Below, piece by piece: positions 50,078 to 59,969 of a stretch of DNA of 62,619 nt. The first letter of the stretch is position 1. Every line of letters starts with the position of its first letter. The DNA comes from Poseidonia sp. (GTDB lineage Archaea; Thermoplasmatota; Poseidoniia; Poseidoniales; Poseidoniaceae): assembly GCA_049617635.1 (NCBI GenBank), contig JBMZJQ010000004.1:1-62619 (forward strand), read 5' to 3'. Both the position numbers and the translations under genes were made by a program. The notes under the pieces are model-generated. The model did not search any database. It was not told where the DNA came from and saw only the letters and a list, made by a program, of their open reading frames with translations.

Positions 50078-51247
50078 GTGGAATGCATGGACAACCTTCC
50101 GAAAACGTGGGACGACTGGATTGAGAACTTCAAGACTTGGCAGGACAACGTCGGCTACAAGCGCGAGTGGATGGGTGATTTCGACCTCTCCATCCAGTTT
50201 GACTGGGAACGAGCCGGCGATGTCATCGAGTTCGGCGATTACGAAGGTCGAGCCAAGTGGGAGCGCTCGCTTCAGGTGCCTCATCAAAGCATGCGTGACG
50301 CCCTCGTGAGCATGATCACCGTGCAGGGCGACACCGAATTTGCCTCGGTTGAACAACAGCGTCACCTGTTGGCCACCGCACCCACCGACTACGACCGCTA
50401 TGCAGCAGCCCGCATCATGGCTGAAGAGCAACGCCACGGATGGCAAATGGCTTACCTTCTGATGACCTACTTCGGCCAACAAGGCCGACGTGAGGCGCAA
50501 AAGTTGCTCGAGCGCAACGCACAGGACGGTGACCGTCTCCTCGGTGCCTTCAACCGCCCCATGCCTCACTGGCTGGATTTCTTCTGCTACACCATGTTCG
50601 TTGACCGAGATGGAAAGTTCCAGCTCGGCATGCTCTCCACCTCAGCGTTCAAGCCATTGGCTGCCAGTATGGGCCCCATGCTGAAAGAAGAGTCCTTCCA
50701 CCTGGGCACCGGTTCCAACGGCTTGCGCCGCATCATCAAGGCCGGCGTGATTCCGCTGGACATGCTCCAGCGCTACATCAACAAGTGGGTGTCCACTGCC
50801 CACGACCTGTTTGGCGTTGACGAATCCTCGTCCGCACACTGGGCGTATGTTTGGGGCATCAAGGGCCGATGGGACGAGCGAAAGAAACTCGAGGCCAACC
50901 TCGACGTCAACAAAGAAACGCTCAACGAAGAAGCCCGCCAGCACTACCACGAGGAGATCGTGGCTGAGGTTCAGAAACTCTGCGGCTACCTCCCCGAAGG
51001 CGCTGTCGACCTCTACGTGCCGCACGAGAATTTCCACCGTGAGATTGGTCACTTCAAGCGTCAACGCTACACCGTCGAAGGCACCCTGTTTGAGGGTTCG
51101 GACGAAGCGTGGGACGCCTACATGGCAACCCATCTCCCAACAGCACAAGACGAAGAGGACCTCAAGGAATTGTTCAAGCAACAATGGGTCGCTGAGAAGC
51201 CCATGACCGCTCGTCAAATCGCCTCCGGTATCGGCGCAAGCGCTTGA
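50078..51247 (+). CDS. Diiron (ferritin-like) acyl-CoA oxygenase, BoxB-like (benzoyl-CoA 2,3-epoxidase B) / PaaA-related
   Basis: VQGDTEFASVEQQRHL, EEQRHGWQMAYLL, DRDGKFQL and KEESFH are ExxH-type diiron ligand motifs in the order I recall for BoxB. The protein is 389 aa, shorter than canonical BoxB. Confidence 0.65.
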   Translation: MECMDNLPKTWDDWIENFKTWQDNVGYKREWMGDFDLSIQFDWERAGDVIEFGDYEGRAKWERSLQVPHQSMRDALVSMITVQGDTEFASVEQQRHLLATAPTDYDRYAAARIMAEEQRHGWQMAYLLMTYFGQQGRREAQKLLERNAQDGDRLLGAFNRPMPHWLDFFCYTMFVDRDGKFQLGMLSTSAFKPLAASMGPMLKEESFHLGTGSNGLRRIIKAGVIPLDMLQRYINKWVSTAHDLFGVDESSSAHWAYVWGIKGRWDERKKLEANLDVNKETLNEEARQHYHEEIVAEVQKLCGYLPEGAVDLYVPHENFHREIGHFKRQRYTVEGTLFEGSDEAWDAYMATHLPTAQDEEDLKELFKQQWVAEKPMTARQIASGIGASA

Positions 51248-51264
51248 TGTTCAAGGTGGTTTGA

Positions 51265-51801
51265 TTGATTCCCGTCGCCCTGTATGGCGTCGACGCCGAG
51301 ATGTGCGAGCGCTTCTTCGAGGCTCTCCCAGGCTTGGTCACCGATGCTTACGAAGATCGGTCCTACATTGAATCGCTGTACGCCGTTCAAGCCGACCATT
51401 CCATCGAGCACATCCACATCGCAGACCAGTGGTCGAGCAGAGACCCCTACGCTTGGCCCGAAGACATCGTGAATGAAGTGGAGATGGTGTTGCGGACGAC
51501 AACCTATCCGGATGTTTCGTTGCTTGAACACCTCATGACCTTGGACGGTGTGGATGCTCAACGCATCTCCGAATGGATGCACTTTTCGACAAATCTCTTT
51601 CCCATCTATTCGGAAAAAGCATGCCAAACCCTTCAGCGCATGGGGCTTGACACACCTTACAAACCCGATGACATCGCCAGTTACGGTCTCTACGTCAGCA
51701 GAATTGAAGGACTCAAACTTCATGCCCCAGCCGCAGGACTACCTGAAATCGGTCTCCCCCGAACTCGGATGCTGCAGTTGGGCTTGGAGCGATTTGAATG
51801 A
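51265..51801 (+). CDS. Hypothetical protein (178 aa) translationally coupled within the BoxB-like operon
   Basis: Coding-like codon usage. Its stop overlaps the next ATG (ATGA at 51798-51801). No motif recognised. Confidence 0.55.
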   Translation: MIPVALYGVDAEMCERFFEALPGLVTDAYEDRSYIESLYAVQADHSIEHIHIADQWSSRDPYAWPEDIVNEVEMVLRTTTYPDVSLLEHLMTLDGVDAQRISEWMHFSTNLFPIYSEKACQTLQRMGLDTPYKPDDIASYGLYVSRIEGLKLHAPAAGLPEIGLPRTRMLQLGLERFE

Positions 51802-52736
51802 ACCGCCTCCGCGTCCATCTCAAACTCTTCATCGTTGCCACCATCTGGGGGTTTGGTTGGCCCGCCGGGCGTGTGGTTGCTCTTGATACGCCACCGGTCT
51901 TGGCTTCGTGGATTCGCTATGTGATGGCGTGCTGTTGCTTTCTCATCTACCTCAAACTCAGCAACAACATCGTCTTGCCCACCTCTCGGCAGTGGAAGGG
52001 CATCTTCTTGATTGGCTTTTGTTCCACCTTCCTGTATCAGTTGTTCTTCATGCTCGGCATGGCCCGAACCGCAGCCGGCGATGCCTCGTTGATGATCACG
52101 CTCAATCCACTGTTCACGGCCATTCTCGCCAGTTTCTTCCTCAAAGAAACCTTCACCAAACGGCACAGTCTTGGTGTCGTTATGGGCTTCACCGGTGTTC
52201 TCATTCTGTTCATGGCCTCACCCAACACGGACTTGATTTTGGCCGAGCGGTGGCTGGGCAACGGCTTCATCGCCTGTTCGGCCCTTTCGTGGGCCAGCGC
52301 CACGATTCTGATGAAGGGCATGATGACCGACACGGCGGAGCAAAAGGGAATGTCGCCGCTCCATTTGACCGTGTGGTCATCGATATCGGGGTTGGTGTTC
52401 CTCACACCCTTTCTCATCGGTGAAACGCTTCAGCAAGGTGCCGTTCACTCTCCGTCCCAACAGGCTTGGATAGGGATGGCGTTTCTGGCCATCCTCTCCA
52501 CCGTGGTGTCCTATGTGTGGTTTGCTGACGGCGTCATCAAAATTGGGGCTGGCAAGGCGGCCTTGTACGTGTACCTGATTCCACCCTTTGGAATCCTTGG
52601 TGGGTATCTTCTTCTCAACGAACAACTCGGTTGGTCGTTGCTCGCCTCGTTCATCATGATCGCAGGTGGCGTTGCCATCGCTCAGAGCGAGAAGCATGAT
52701 GAACGAGAACCCGCCCTCAGCGAGCATGGCCATTGA
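51798..52736 (+). CDS. EamA/DMT-superfamily transporter
   Basis: Ten hydrophobic helices arranged as two EamA-like halves (IWGFGWPAGR..., SWASATILMK...). Confidence 0.8.
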   Translation: MNRLRVHLKLFIVATIWGFGWPAGRVVALDTPPVLASWIRYVMACCCFLIYLKLSNNIVLPTSRQWKGIFLIGFCSTFLYQLFFMLGMARTAAGDASLMITLNPLFTAILASFFLKETFTKRHSLGVVMGFTGVLILFMASPNTDLILAERWLGNGFIACSALSWASATILMKGMMTDTAEQKGMSPLHLTVWSSISGLVFLTPFLIGETLQQGAVHSPSQQAWIGMAFLAILSTVVSYVWFADGVIKIGAGKAALYVYLIPPFGILGGYLLLNEQLGWSLLASFIMIAGGVAIAQSEKHDEREPALSEHGH

Positions 52737-53616
52737 ACGCGTTGCGGTGATTGGTGCGGGAACCATGGGGGCGGGAATCGCCCAAATCTGTGCTCAAGCC
52801 GGTTGGGACACCCGTCTGTACGATGCCTTTCCCGAAGGTCTTCAACGAGGTATGGATCGCATTGCAGCTTTTTGGGAGAAGGGCATTGCCCGAGGGAAAA
52901 CAACACCCGAGCAGCGGGATGCTTGGGGCGGTAACCTCCATCCTGTGGACGACCTACAGGCGGCCGTTGCCGATGCGGATTTGGTCATCGAGGCCGTCCC
53001 TGAATTGCCGGAGTTGAAGCAAGCCATCTTTGCCCAATTGGATCAGTTGGCTCCTGCCCATGCCGTGTTGGGCACGAACACTTCATCGCTATCGATAGCC
53101 GACATCGCTGCTGCCACGTCACGACCCGAGAACGTCATCGGGATGCATTTTTTCAATCCCGTTCCCATCATGCAATTGCTGGAACTGGTTCGCCATGACC
53201 GGACCTCCGACCACTCGGTAGCGATAGCTCGAGCAGCGGGAGACGCCATGGGGAAAACCACCATCCTGGTCAAGGACGTTCCCGGTTTTGCGACCAGTCG
53301 ATTGGGTGTGGTGCTCGGTAACGAAGCGATTCGTATGCTCGCAGACGGCGTTGCAAGTGCAAAGGACATCGACACCGCCATGGTGCTCGGCTACAAGCAT
53401 CCAATGGGCCCGCTTGCGCTGACCGATTTGGTCGGCCTCGATGTACGGCGAGACATTCTTCTGAACCTGCAACGCTCGTTTGGCAACGATGCTTACGCAC
53501 CCCATCCATTGTTGGAACGCTTGGTCAACGAAGGCCGCCTCGGTAAGAAAACCGGCAAAGGCATCTACGACTGGAGCAGTGGAAATCCCGAAGAAACCGA
53601 CCTCAACGGGCCCTGA
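52726..53616 (+). CDS. 3-hydroxyacyl-CoA (3-hydroxybutyryl-CoA) dehydrogenase
   Basis: IERVAVIGAGTMGAGIAQICAQAG, NTSSLSI, HFFNPVPIMQLLE and the C-terminal dimerisation domain. Confidence 0.9.
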   Translation: MAIERVAVIGAGTMGAGIAQICAQAGWDTRLYDAFPEGLQRGMDRIAAFWEKGIARGKTTPEQRDAWGGNLHPVDDLQAAVADADLVIEAVPELPELKQAIFAQLDQLAPAHAVLGTNTSSLSIADIAAATSRPENVIGMHFFNPVPIMQLLELVRHDRTSDHSVAIARAAGDAMGKTTILVKDVPGFATSRLGVVLGNEAIRMLADGVASAKDIDTAMVLGYKHPMGPLALTDLVGLDVRRDILLNLQRSFGNDAYAPHPLLERLVNEGRLGKKTGKGIYDWSSGNPEETDLNGP

Positions 53617-53652
53617 GCCAAACATCAAGTAACCCAAGGACCAACGGGCATC

Positions 53653-54492
53653 ATGGAGCAATCCATCCCAACACCGTGGGACGGCGTCGCCACGCAACCT
53701 GATGAAGACGCCCCCAATACTACGCAGGACAACGCTCCCGCGACGATGGCAGGAGGATTCCATGGGGCTTCACCCCAACCGGTGGTGGTGGACACCACCA
53801 CCAAAGGACCGAAGATTCCGATGATCATCGCGGCCGTGCTCATCGCCTTCGGGTTGCTTGGCTTTGTCATCGGTGGAATCGCCGCCGCCTCGGTTGAGGA
53901 AACGCTCGAAAATCTCTCAACTGCGGACTACACCACCGATATCGGACCGAGCGGTACCCTCGTTCATGACGATGCTGACGGCGCAGGTGAGGCAGGATGG
54001 TACTTGCTCATTCCCGGCGACCCCAAGGCCGATGAAAACAACAACGGGATCATCGATGCGTGCGAGGGCATCCATTTTTCCATCCAAGATGCGGATGGCG
54101 ACGATGCGAGCGAACGAGTGGCCGACATTTCATGTGAGTACGAGAGGAAGGGGAGCGGTGCTGACGTACCGTATTTTGATATTGAAAACCACATCGTCGT
54201 AGCCGTCATTTGCAACACGCTCCCCGACGATACGGGCGAGGTCCGACATCGCTGTGAAATCGGTGAATCCTTGACCGTTTCAAACGATGGCGGAGTGAAC
54301 ATGTCGGTGGTGGACCTCGACGAGATGTACATTCCTTACCTCGAAGAAATCATTGGGGGCGGCATCCTCTCTGCTGGCTCTTTTGGTGCAGGATGTTGTT
54401 CCTTATGCGGCGGAATCGTGTTTCTCATCGTTGGCTTGACCCGAATCGGCGGTGGGCGTCAACAACCCAACGTCGTGTACCACATTCACTGA
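53653..54492 (+). CDS. Hypothetical bitopic membrane protein with an acidic extracytoplasmic domain
   Basis: TM helices IPMIIAAVLIAFGLLGFVIGGIAAA and GCCSLCGGIVFLIVGL. No motif recognised. Confidence 0.55.
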   Translation: MEQSIPTPWDGVATQPDEDAPNTTQDNAPATMAGGFHGASPQPVVVDTTTKGPKIPMIIAAVLIAFGLLGFVIGGIAAASVEETLENLSTADYTTDIGPSGTLVHDDADGAGEAGWYLLIPGDPKADENNNGIIDACEGIHFSIQDADGDDASERVADISCEYERKGSGADVPYFDIENHIVVAVICNTLPDDTGEVRHRCEIGESLTVSNDGGVNMSVVDLDEMYIPYLEEIIGGGILSAGSFGAGCCSLCGGIVFLIVGLTRIGGGRQQPNVVYHIH

Positions 54493-54493
54493 A

Positions 54494-55273
54494 TCAGTCA
54501 AACCGTGGCTGGCGCTTTTCCAAAAAGGCGGCCACACCTTCACGAAAAGCCTCGGTGGTACCAGCGGCCTCAATGAGCGTACGCTCATGGTCAAGGTGGG
54601 TTGAAAACTCGTTATCGGATTGAACGTGGAGCAGGTGCTTGGTGGCTTCCTTGGTGTGTGGCCCCCAAGAGGACCACATCGTGGCCAAGCCGATGGCTGT
54701 TTCAATGAGAGAGTCCGGGTCAACCAACACATCGATAGCCCCGTATTCATGGGCTTCTTCACCGCTCCAAATTTCATTGCCCATGAAAAATCGACGGGCG
54801 CGTTGTTCGCCCACGAGCCTGGGCAGCAACCACGTGGTCCCACCATCAGGTGAGAGTCCCATGCCTGCATAAGAAGCCGCCATACGAGCATCGTTCGTGC
54901 CCACTCGAGCATCGCAAGCAAGGGCCAAACCAAGCCCACCACCTGCAGAAACGCCGTTGAGAGCAGCCACCACAACGGTAGAGGAGGTGCGGATGCGTTG
55001 AAGCAAGGGGTGCAACACCCCTGTCAGTTCCCGAATGAGCTCTGGTGCATCGTTGTTGTCAATGGACGCTTGAAACGCCTTGATGTCTGCTCCAGCGGAG
55101 AAAAAACGGCCCTCACCAGTCAGGACCAGCGCTTTGGTGGTCGAATCACGCAAACCGGCATCAATGGCCTCAGCAATCAAAGGAAGGAAGGCTCTGGAAA
55201 ACGATTGCGTGGAGGCCTGGCCGGCCATTTTGATCAAACGAACATTCCCTCGTTGTTCAACCTCAACCGCCAA
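54494..55273 (-). CDS. Enoyl-CoA hydratase (crotonase)
   Basis: GRFFSAGADIKAF and NGVSAGGGLGLALACDARV. Confidence 0.9.
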   Translation of the reverse strand: MAVEVEQRGNVRLIKMAGQASTQSFSRAFLPLIAEAIDAGLRDSTTKALVLTGEGRFFSAGADIKAFQASIDNNDAPELIRELTGVLHPLLQRIRTSSTVVVAALNGVSAGGGLGLALACDARVGTNDARMAASYAGMGLSPDGGTTWLLPRLVGEQRARRFFMGNEIWSGEEAHEYGAIDVLVDPDSLIETAIGLATMWSSWGPHTKEATKHLLHVQSDNEFSTHLDHERTLIEAAGTTEAFREGVAAFLEKRQPRFD

Positions 55274-55282
55274 TCCATCACC

Positions 55283-56734
55283 TCACAATTTCACGTTGAC
55301 GTTCTTGACCTTGGTGTAGAATCGAAGTGCATCTTGACTCTGTTCGATGCCTATACCCGAATGCTTCCAGCCCGTGAAGGCGGTCTGTGGGAAGGTGATG
55401 GGGTATTCGTTGATGGAGACCATGCCGCACTCCAAGTCTCGCGCCATTCGATGGGCACGGCCAAGGTCGTTGGTCCACACGCCGTTAAGTAGACCGAACG
55501 GGGTGTCGTTGGCCAGGGCCAGTGCTTCTTCATCGGTGGTGAAGGACGTGACCGCCAAGACGGGTCCAAACAGTTCGTCCTGGAACAACAAGTGGTTGCT
55601 CTCAACGCCCGTCACGACCGTGGCTTCCATGAAGGCACCTTCTCTCTCGAGCGCATGACCACCCAAGACGAGGTTTCCACCTTCGTTCAAGCCGGCTTGA
55701 AGTTTTTCAAGCACCTCGGCCCGATGCGATTCGTGAACCAAACTGCCCATGCGAACGCCTTCTTCCATACCTGGACCGACCGGCCATTTTGAAATTTCAT
55801 CACAAACGGCCTGAACGAGATCGTCATGCACGTCTTCGTGAACCAACAACCGAGAACCGGCCCAACACATCTGGCCTGCGTTCATGAAGATGCCAAAACA
55901 AATGGCTTTGGCAGCGTAGCGGAGGTTGGCGTCCGAGAAGACGATGTTGGCACCTTTTCCACCCAATTCAAGGGTGACAGGTGTCAACTGTTCACTGGCT
56001 TTGGCCATCACCGTTTTTCCAGTCGGCACCCCGCCGGTCAAGACGACGCCGTCAACGCCTGCGTGGCCTGCGAGAGCGTCACCTGCCAAGGCGCCCGACC
56101 CAGTGATCACTTGCAACACGCCGGAAGGCAAGCCGGTTTCTGCTTCATCGATGGCCTTTGACCACGCCAACAAGGACAGCGGCGTCCAGGATGCCGGTTT
56201 GGCGATGACCGTGCAGCCGGCAGCAAGGGCTGGTGCGATGGAACGAAGTGCCAGTTGGAGGGGGAAGTTCCACGGGACGATGTGGGCCGTGACGCCAAGC
56301 GGTTGACGAAGCGTGTAGTTCAACCTGGGACCGGGGACCGGGATGGTGGTGCCCTCGATTTTGTCGGCAAGGCCGGCAAAATACTCCAGCGTCCATGCAC
56401 CATAGCGAATTTCCGAAAGGGCTTCACGGAAGGTCTTCCCGTTGTTACTGGATTCAATCACCGCCAATTCCTTGGCTTTCGCATACGTCACAGCAGCCAT
56501 TTTGTTGAGGATTCGCCCACGCTGTGCGGGATCCATCGCCCGCCAGTCTGCATGTTCAAACGCCGACCTGGAGGCCTCTACACAGCGGTTGACGTCCTCG
56601 ACGGTTGCACGAGGAACGGTGGCAAGCACTTCACCGGTTGCCGGGTTGAGCACCTCGCTGGTTTCTCCGTTCGCTGACGCAGTCCATTCACCTGCAATCC
56701 ACATCTGTTCATCGGCCATGAAACGCCCAAGCAA
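55283..56734 (-). CDS. NAD(P)+-dependent aldehyde dehydrogenase
   Basis: VTLELGGKGANIVF, catalytic Cys in NAGQMCWAGSRLLV, and EEALALAND. Confidence 0.95.
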   Translation of the reverse strand: MLGRFMADEQMWIAGEWTASANGETSEVLNPATGEVLATVPRATVEDVNRCVEASRSAFEHADWRAMDPAQRGRILNKMAAVTYAKAKELAVIESSNNGKTFREALSEIRYGAWTLEYFAGLADKIEGTTIPVPGPRLNYTLRQPLGVTAHIVPWNFPLQLALRSIAPALAAGCTVIAKPASWTPLSLLAWSKAIDEAETGLPSGVLQVITGSGALAGDALAGHAGVDGVVLTGGVPTGKTVMAKASEQLTPVTLELGGKGANIVFSDANLRYAAKAICFGIFMNAGQMCWAGSRLLVHEDVHDDLVQAVCDEISKWPVGPGMEEGVRMGSLVHESHRAEVLEKLQAGLNEGGNLVLGGHALEREGAFMEATVVTGVESNHLLFQDELFGPVLAVTSFTTDEEALALANDTPFGLLNGVWTNDLGRAHRMARDLECGMVSINEYPITFPQTAFTGWKHSGIGIEQSQDALRFYTKVKNVNVKL

Positions 56735-56811
56735 AGACGCTTCAAAGGGCCATCGGTGACGAACTTCGAAGAGAAACTCGCCGGCTCGGGTAAGGTGGCA
56801 ACAGAAGCCTC

Positions 56812-57498
56812 ATGTGCTCCTCGGGGACAGTGGCCAGCATGACACGGACCGTAGGGCTGGCCCAAAGCACGGCCCAAACGCTGACACAGCGCCCTCCGCG
56901 GTTGTTGATCATCGCGGGTGCAACCGGTGTGGGAAAGTCAACCGCTGCCGTGGCGGTCGCCCAACGAGGCGGGTTCACTCGCGTCATGTCGACCGATGCC
57001 ATTCGCGAAATCATGCGAGCCACCGACGAGGAACGAAACGTGCCTGCCCTTCATCGCTCCTCGTTCTCAAAGGGTGACAGTGGCGAGCCTGTTCTTGATT
57101 GGAACGAGACCTGCCTCGCTGTTGAAGCCGGCATCATGGCGACGATGGAGCGGGCCCGGAGAGAGGGCATTGATTTGCTGATTGAAGGCGTTCACATGGT
57201 GCCCAGTGCTCGTTTGGTGCGAGCGTGGGAAGAGGCCGGCGGTGTGGCCCTCGGCATCGTGATGGTGGTGGACGAGGAAAACGCTCACTTGTCCATGCTC
57301 AAATCCCGTGATGCCCATTCCTACCGCCGTGCCGACCGCTATGTTGCCAACTTCAAGCGTATTCGAGCCATTCAAGACGGGTTGATCGAACGCGCAAAAA
57401 TTGCCAACTGGACCATCGTTGACCCAACACGTGTAGACAGCGATGTGGAACGCATCTACACCTTGCTCAATCGTGCCATCAACGACCACGAAGCGTGA
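56812..57498 (+). CDS. 2-phosphoglycerate kinase-like P-loop kinase
   Basis: LLIIAGATGVGKSTAAVAVAQRGGFTRVMSTDAIREIMRA matches the archaeal 2PGK (COG2074) core. The start may be at 56839. Confidence 0.65.
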   Translation: MCSSGTVASMTRTVGLAQSTAQTLTQRPPRLLIIAGATGVGKSTAAVAVAQRGGFTRVMSTDAIREIMRATDEERNVPALHRSSFSKGDSGEPVLDWNETCLAVEAGIMATMERARREGIDLLIEGVHMVPSARLVRAWEEAGGVALGIVMVVDEENAHLSMLKSRDAHSYRRADRYVANFKRIRAIQDGLIERAKIANWTIVDPTRVDSDVERIYTLLNRAINDHEA

Positions 57499-57499
57499 A

Positions 57500-57937
57500 T
57501 CACACGTTGATTTCGAACGCCACGTCGTAGGTCAACATCGCTTCTCCGTCGGACACACCAAGTTCGGCGGCGACGGCGATGGTGGAAGCATCGACCTGCG
57601 TCAGGGCCATCTTCGTGAGTTTGATTTCAACGCCTCGAAGTTCACCGTGGTGCAACAGGTCGTCATGGACGGTTTCCAAGGCGAGTTCCGCCGCTTCCAA
57701 CCCTTCAAGCCCGGAGTCCATCCACAAGGTTGTGCGGGCTTGGGTAAGCGGTTCAATCGAATCAAGAACTTCGCCAGTGGTCACGATAACATCGTCGGAA
57801 GCCGCATCGTGAGGGAGGGTCAAACCAGCGACCTTGACACCGAAGATGGCCATTGACAGCAGGGACATCAGCAAGACCACGCCGGTCGCAAGGAGCATCT
57901 GGGCGCCTTGGCTTCGTTCCATATCGTTGGTGCGCAT
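57500..57937 (-). CDS. Small secreted/TM protein, possible minor pilin (class III signal peptide?)
   Basis: A short charged N-terminus is followed by QGAQMLLATGVVLLMSLLSMAIFGV. The ATG overlaps the upstream stop (ATGA at 57935-57939). It is the last gene of the pilus operon. Confidence 0.4.
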   Translation of the reverse strand: MRTNDMERSQGAQMLLATGVVLLMSLLSMAIFGVKVAGLTLPHDAASDDVIVTTGEVLDSIEPLTQARTTLWMDSGLEGLEAAELALETVHDDLLHHGELRGVEIKLTKMALTQVDASTIAVAAELGVSDGEAMLTYDVAFEINV

Positions 57938-58377
57938 CAAGCACCACCTCCGCGGGCCCACACGTCAAGGGTTACCGTCCACATCGAGGGGCCAACAACC
58001 ACCAACTGATGGACGGCAACGGTTCCACCCGAAGGGGTGCCCACCGTACCGTGGGGCGTGGCAACAGAACTGTCTTTGGCCAACCAACAATTCGCCTCCT
58101 TTCCAGGTGCAACGGCGCCTTGAAGCAGAACACATGCGGCTTCACGGTCGTCGTCGGCCAAGAGTTCCTCCAACCGGTTCTCACCGGCGACCTCAGCGTC
58201 CAAGCCCAGCCCGTAGCGAATGGCGTCTTCACCGGCCATCTCCAGCGAGGCATCCAACGCCACGGAAGCGGAATCGGGAACGTGAACACGAATCAAAAAG
58301 GTGGCCGACATGAAAAACAGCCAGAAAAGCGTCAGCATCTCAAGAATGTGGATTTGGCCTTCTTCGTCGTGACGCAC
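57937..58377 (-). CDS. Pilin-like protein (class III / TadE-Epd-like N-terminus)
   Basis: MRHDEEGQIHILEMLTLFWLFFMSATFLI resembles the G-Q-x-x-x-E prepilin motif followed by a hydrophobic helix. Confidence 0.45.
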   Translation of the reverse strand: MRHDEEGQIHILEMLTLFWLFFMSATFLIRVHVPDSASVALDASLEMAGEDAIRYGLGLDAEVAGENRLEELLADDDREAACVLLQGAVAPGKEANCWLAKDSSVATPHGTVGTPSGGTVAVHQLVVVGPSMWTVTLDVWARGGGA

Positions 58378-58381
58378 GCCC

Positions 58382-59965
58382 TCAGCCTCCGAAGTACAAC
58401 GGTGCGGGAACGAAGGTACCCGACGAGGGGTTCAGTCCGGGAACTTCGGTGATACCGATCAGGTCGGGCGAGAACGCCACCAGGTTGAAGATGAGCAAAG
58501 CGACGATGATCATCATCCCTGAGTGCTTGAATCCAGTCGAAAATCGACCGGTTGCCATCAATCCGGCCATGGACCCGTTACCCATGGCCTGCATGGTTAC
58601 ACCGTAGTAGAAAATCGTCAGGAAAAACAGCGGGTCGATGTTGCGGATGGTCATGTTTCCGATGGTTTGACCACCGCTATCACCGCCGTCCTCACCGCCA
58701 GAATTGCTTCCAGCGATGGCGGGAATAAACACCTTGGCCAGAACCACAATCACACCAAGGAAAACGAAGTACGACGTCCAAATGACAGCAATATAGGAAC
58801 CAATGGCACGTTTTCGTTCACCTTCAAGGAACTTCAATTCACGTGAGTCGTTGGCGGCGGTGACCAGAATGTCGGAAATTTTCCCACCAGCCCGATCGGC
58901 TTCGGCGATAAGGGCAATAGCACGCTGGACCAAGGGTGTTCCGACCCGGTCGGCAAACTGCCGAATCACGTCGCTGAACTTGATCCCCCAACTGAGTTGG
59001 TCGGACATTTTCTTGACTTCGTCGTTCAGGGCACCGTATTCCGATGTCGCCAAGGTTTGAACAGCGACGGTCATGGAAAGACCACCCTTCCAGTACTCGG
59101 CGAGGTCTCGAAGGAAATCGGGGAACTTTTCCTCAACCTCGTTCTTCTTTTCCTCGATTTTTTCCCAATAGTACGAAGCGGGGTAAATGAACAGGAAGAA
59201 GGTCAAGCCGAAGAAATTCAGGAAAATGGTGGGGTGAACTTTGAGCGGTCCAAGTTCAAGGGCTGGCCCCAGCCAAAGCGACTTGTTGTTCATGTTGGTG
59301 GGGATGCCGTCGTAGTAATGGACGGTCATGTCAAAGGTCACGGTTGACAAAAATTGGCCTTCAGTGGCCGTCATGAACACCAGTTCATAACGTTGGTCGG
59401 GAGGAATGGTGGTCATCTCGAATCCACAGCCTCCTTGGTTGGCGGTGGCGTTGTTGTATTCCAGAATATCGCCAGCAGAAGAACGAACCGCAACCGTGTA
59501 GTCGTAGGGGCCTGAAGCTTCGACGGAGCAGTTCAGCCACAGAGGTTGGAGCACAACGGCACCACCAGTAGCGGTTTCTGGTACGCCTGGTACATCGAAA
59601 TTTTTGCCTCGTTTCGTGACCATGGTCCACTCTTCATCCTCCCATGTGATGCGGTCGGGACGGTCCTGCAGGATGGAACATGTTTGGTTTTGAGAGTACG
59701 TGGGTTGCTGGTTGGTTTGGAAGAATTCGCCCGTCGGATTGCCAACCTCGTCTTGGGCAGTTGCGCCACAGTAGAGGTTGGTGAACATGGGTTCGCCGTT
59801 GTTGGTGGGTACGAATCCGGAGTTCGTGATCCAGAACAACCCGCTTGCGAGACCCAGGATGATGGAAAAGAACAGAATGACGTACAATCTGGAAAGGGTC
59901 TTATCGTCCTTGGGCAAGTCCAGGTTGACAACAATCTTCTCCTTCTTTCGCGCCATGAATCTCAC
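58382..59965 (-). CDS. Pilus/archaellum platform protein, TadC/FlaJ-like T2SSF domain with a ~230-aa extracytoplasmic N-terminal insertion
   Basis: FPDFLRDLAEYWKGGLSMTVAVQTLA...PLVQRAIALIAEADRAGGKISDIL is a T2SSF pattern, and multiple TM helices follow. Confidence 0.75.
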   Translation of the reverse strand: MRFMARKKEKIVVNLDLPKDDKTLSRLYVILFFSIILGLASGLFWITNSGFVPTNNGEPMFTNLYCGATAQDEVGNPTGEFFQTNQQPTYSQNQTCSILQDRPDRITWEDEEWTMVTKRGKNFDVPGVPETATGGAVVLQPLWLNCSVEASGPYDYTVAVRSSAGDILEYNNATANQGGCGFEMTTIPPDQRYELVFMTATEGQFLSTVTFDMTVHYYDGIPTNMNNKSLWLGPALELGPLKVHPTIFLNFFGLTFFLFIYPASYYWEKIEEKKNEVEEKFPDFLRDLAEYWKGGLSMTVAVQTLATSEYGALNDEVKKMSDQLSWGIKFSDVIRQFADRVGTPLVQRAIALIAEADRAGGKISDILVTAANDSRELKFLEGERKRAIGSYIAVIWTSYFVFLGVIVVLAKVFIPAIAGSNSGGEDGGDSGGQTIGNMTIRNIDPLFFLTIFYYGVTMQAMGNGSMAGLMATGRFSTGFKHSGMMIIVALLIFNLVAFSPDLIGITEVPGLNPSSGTFVPAPLYFGG

Positions 59966-59969
59966 CTCC

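Noticed and set aside
50078-51247. Annotation as PaaA of a phenylacetate PaaABCDE oxygenase.
   Set aside because: No paaB/C/D/E-like genes follow, and the motif string (GDTE.ASVEQQRHL, DRDGKFQL) fits my recollection of BoxB better. It is kept as 'BoxB-like / PaaA-related' pending phylogeny.
51214-51723. Minus-strand 169-aa ORF opposite the 178-aa hypothetical gene.
   Set aside because: The plus-strand ORF has better third-position GC and acidic composition. It is also translationally coupled to the downstream EamA gene (ATGA).
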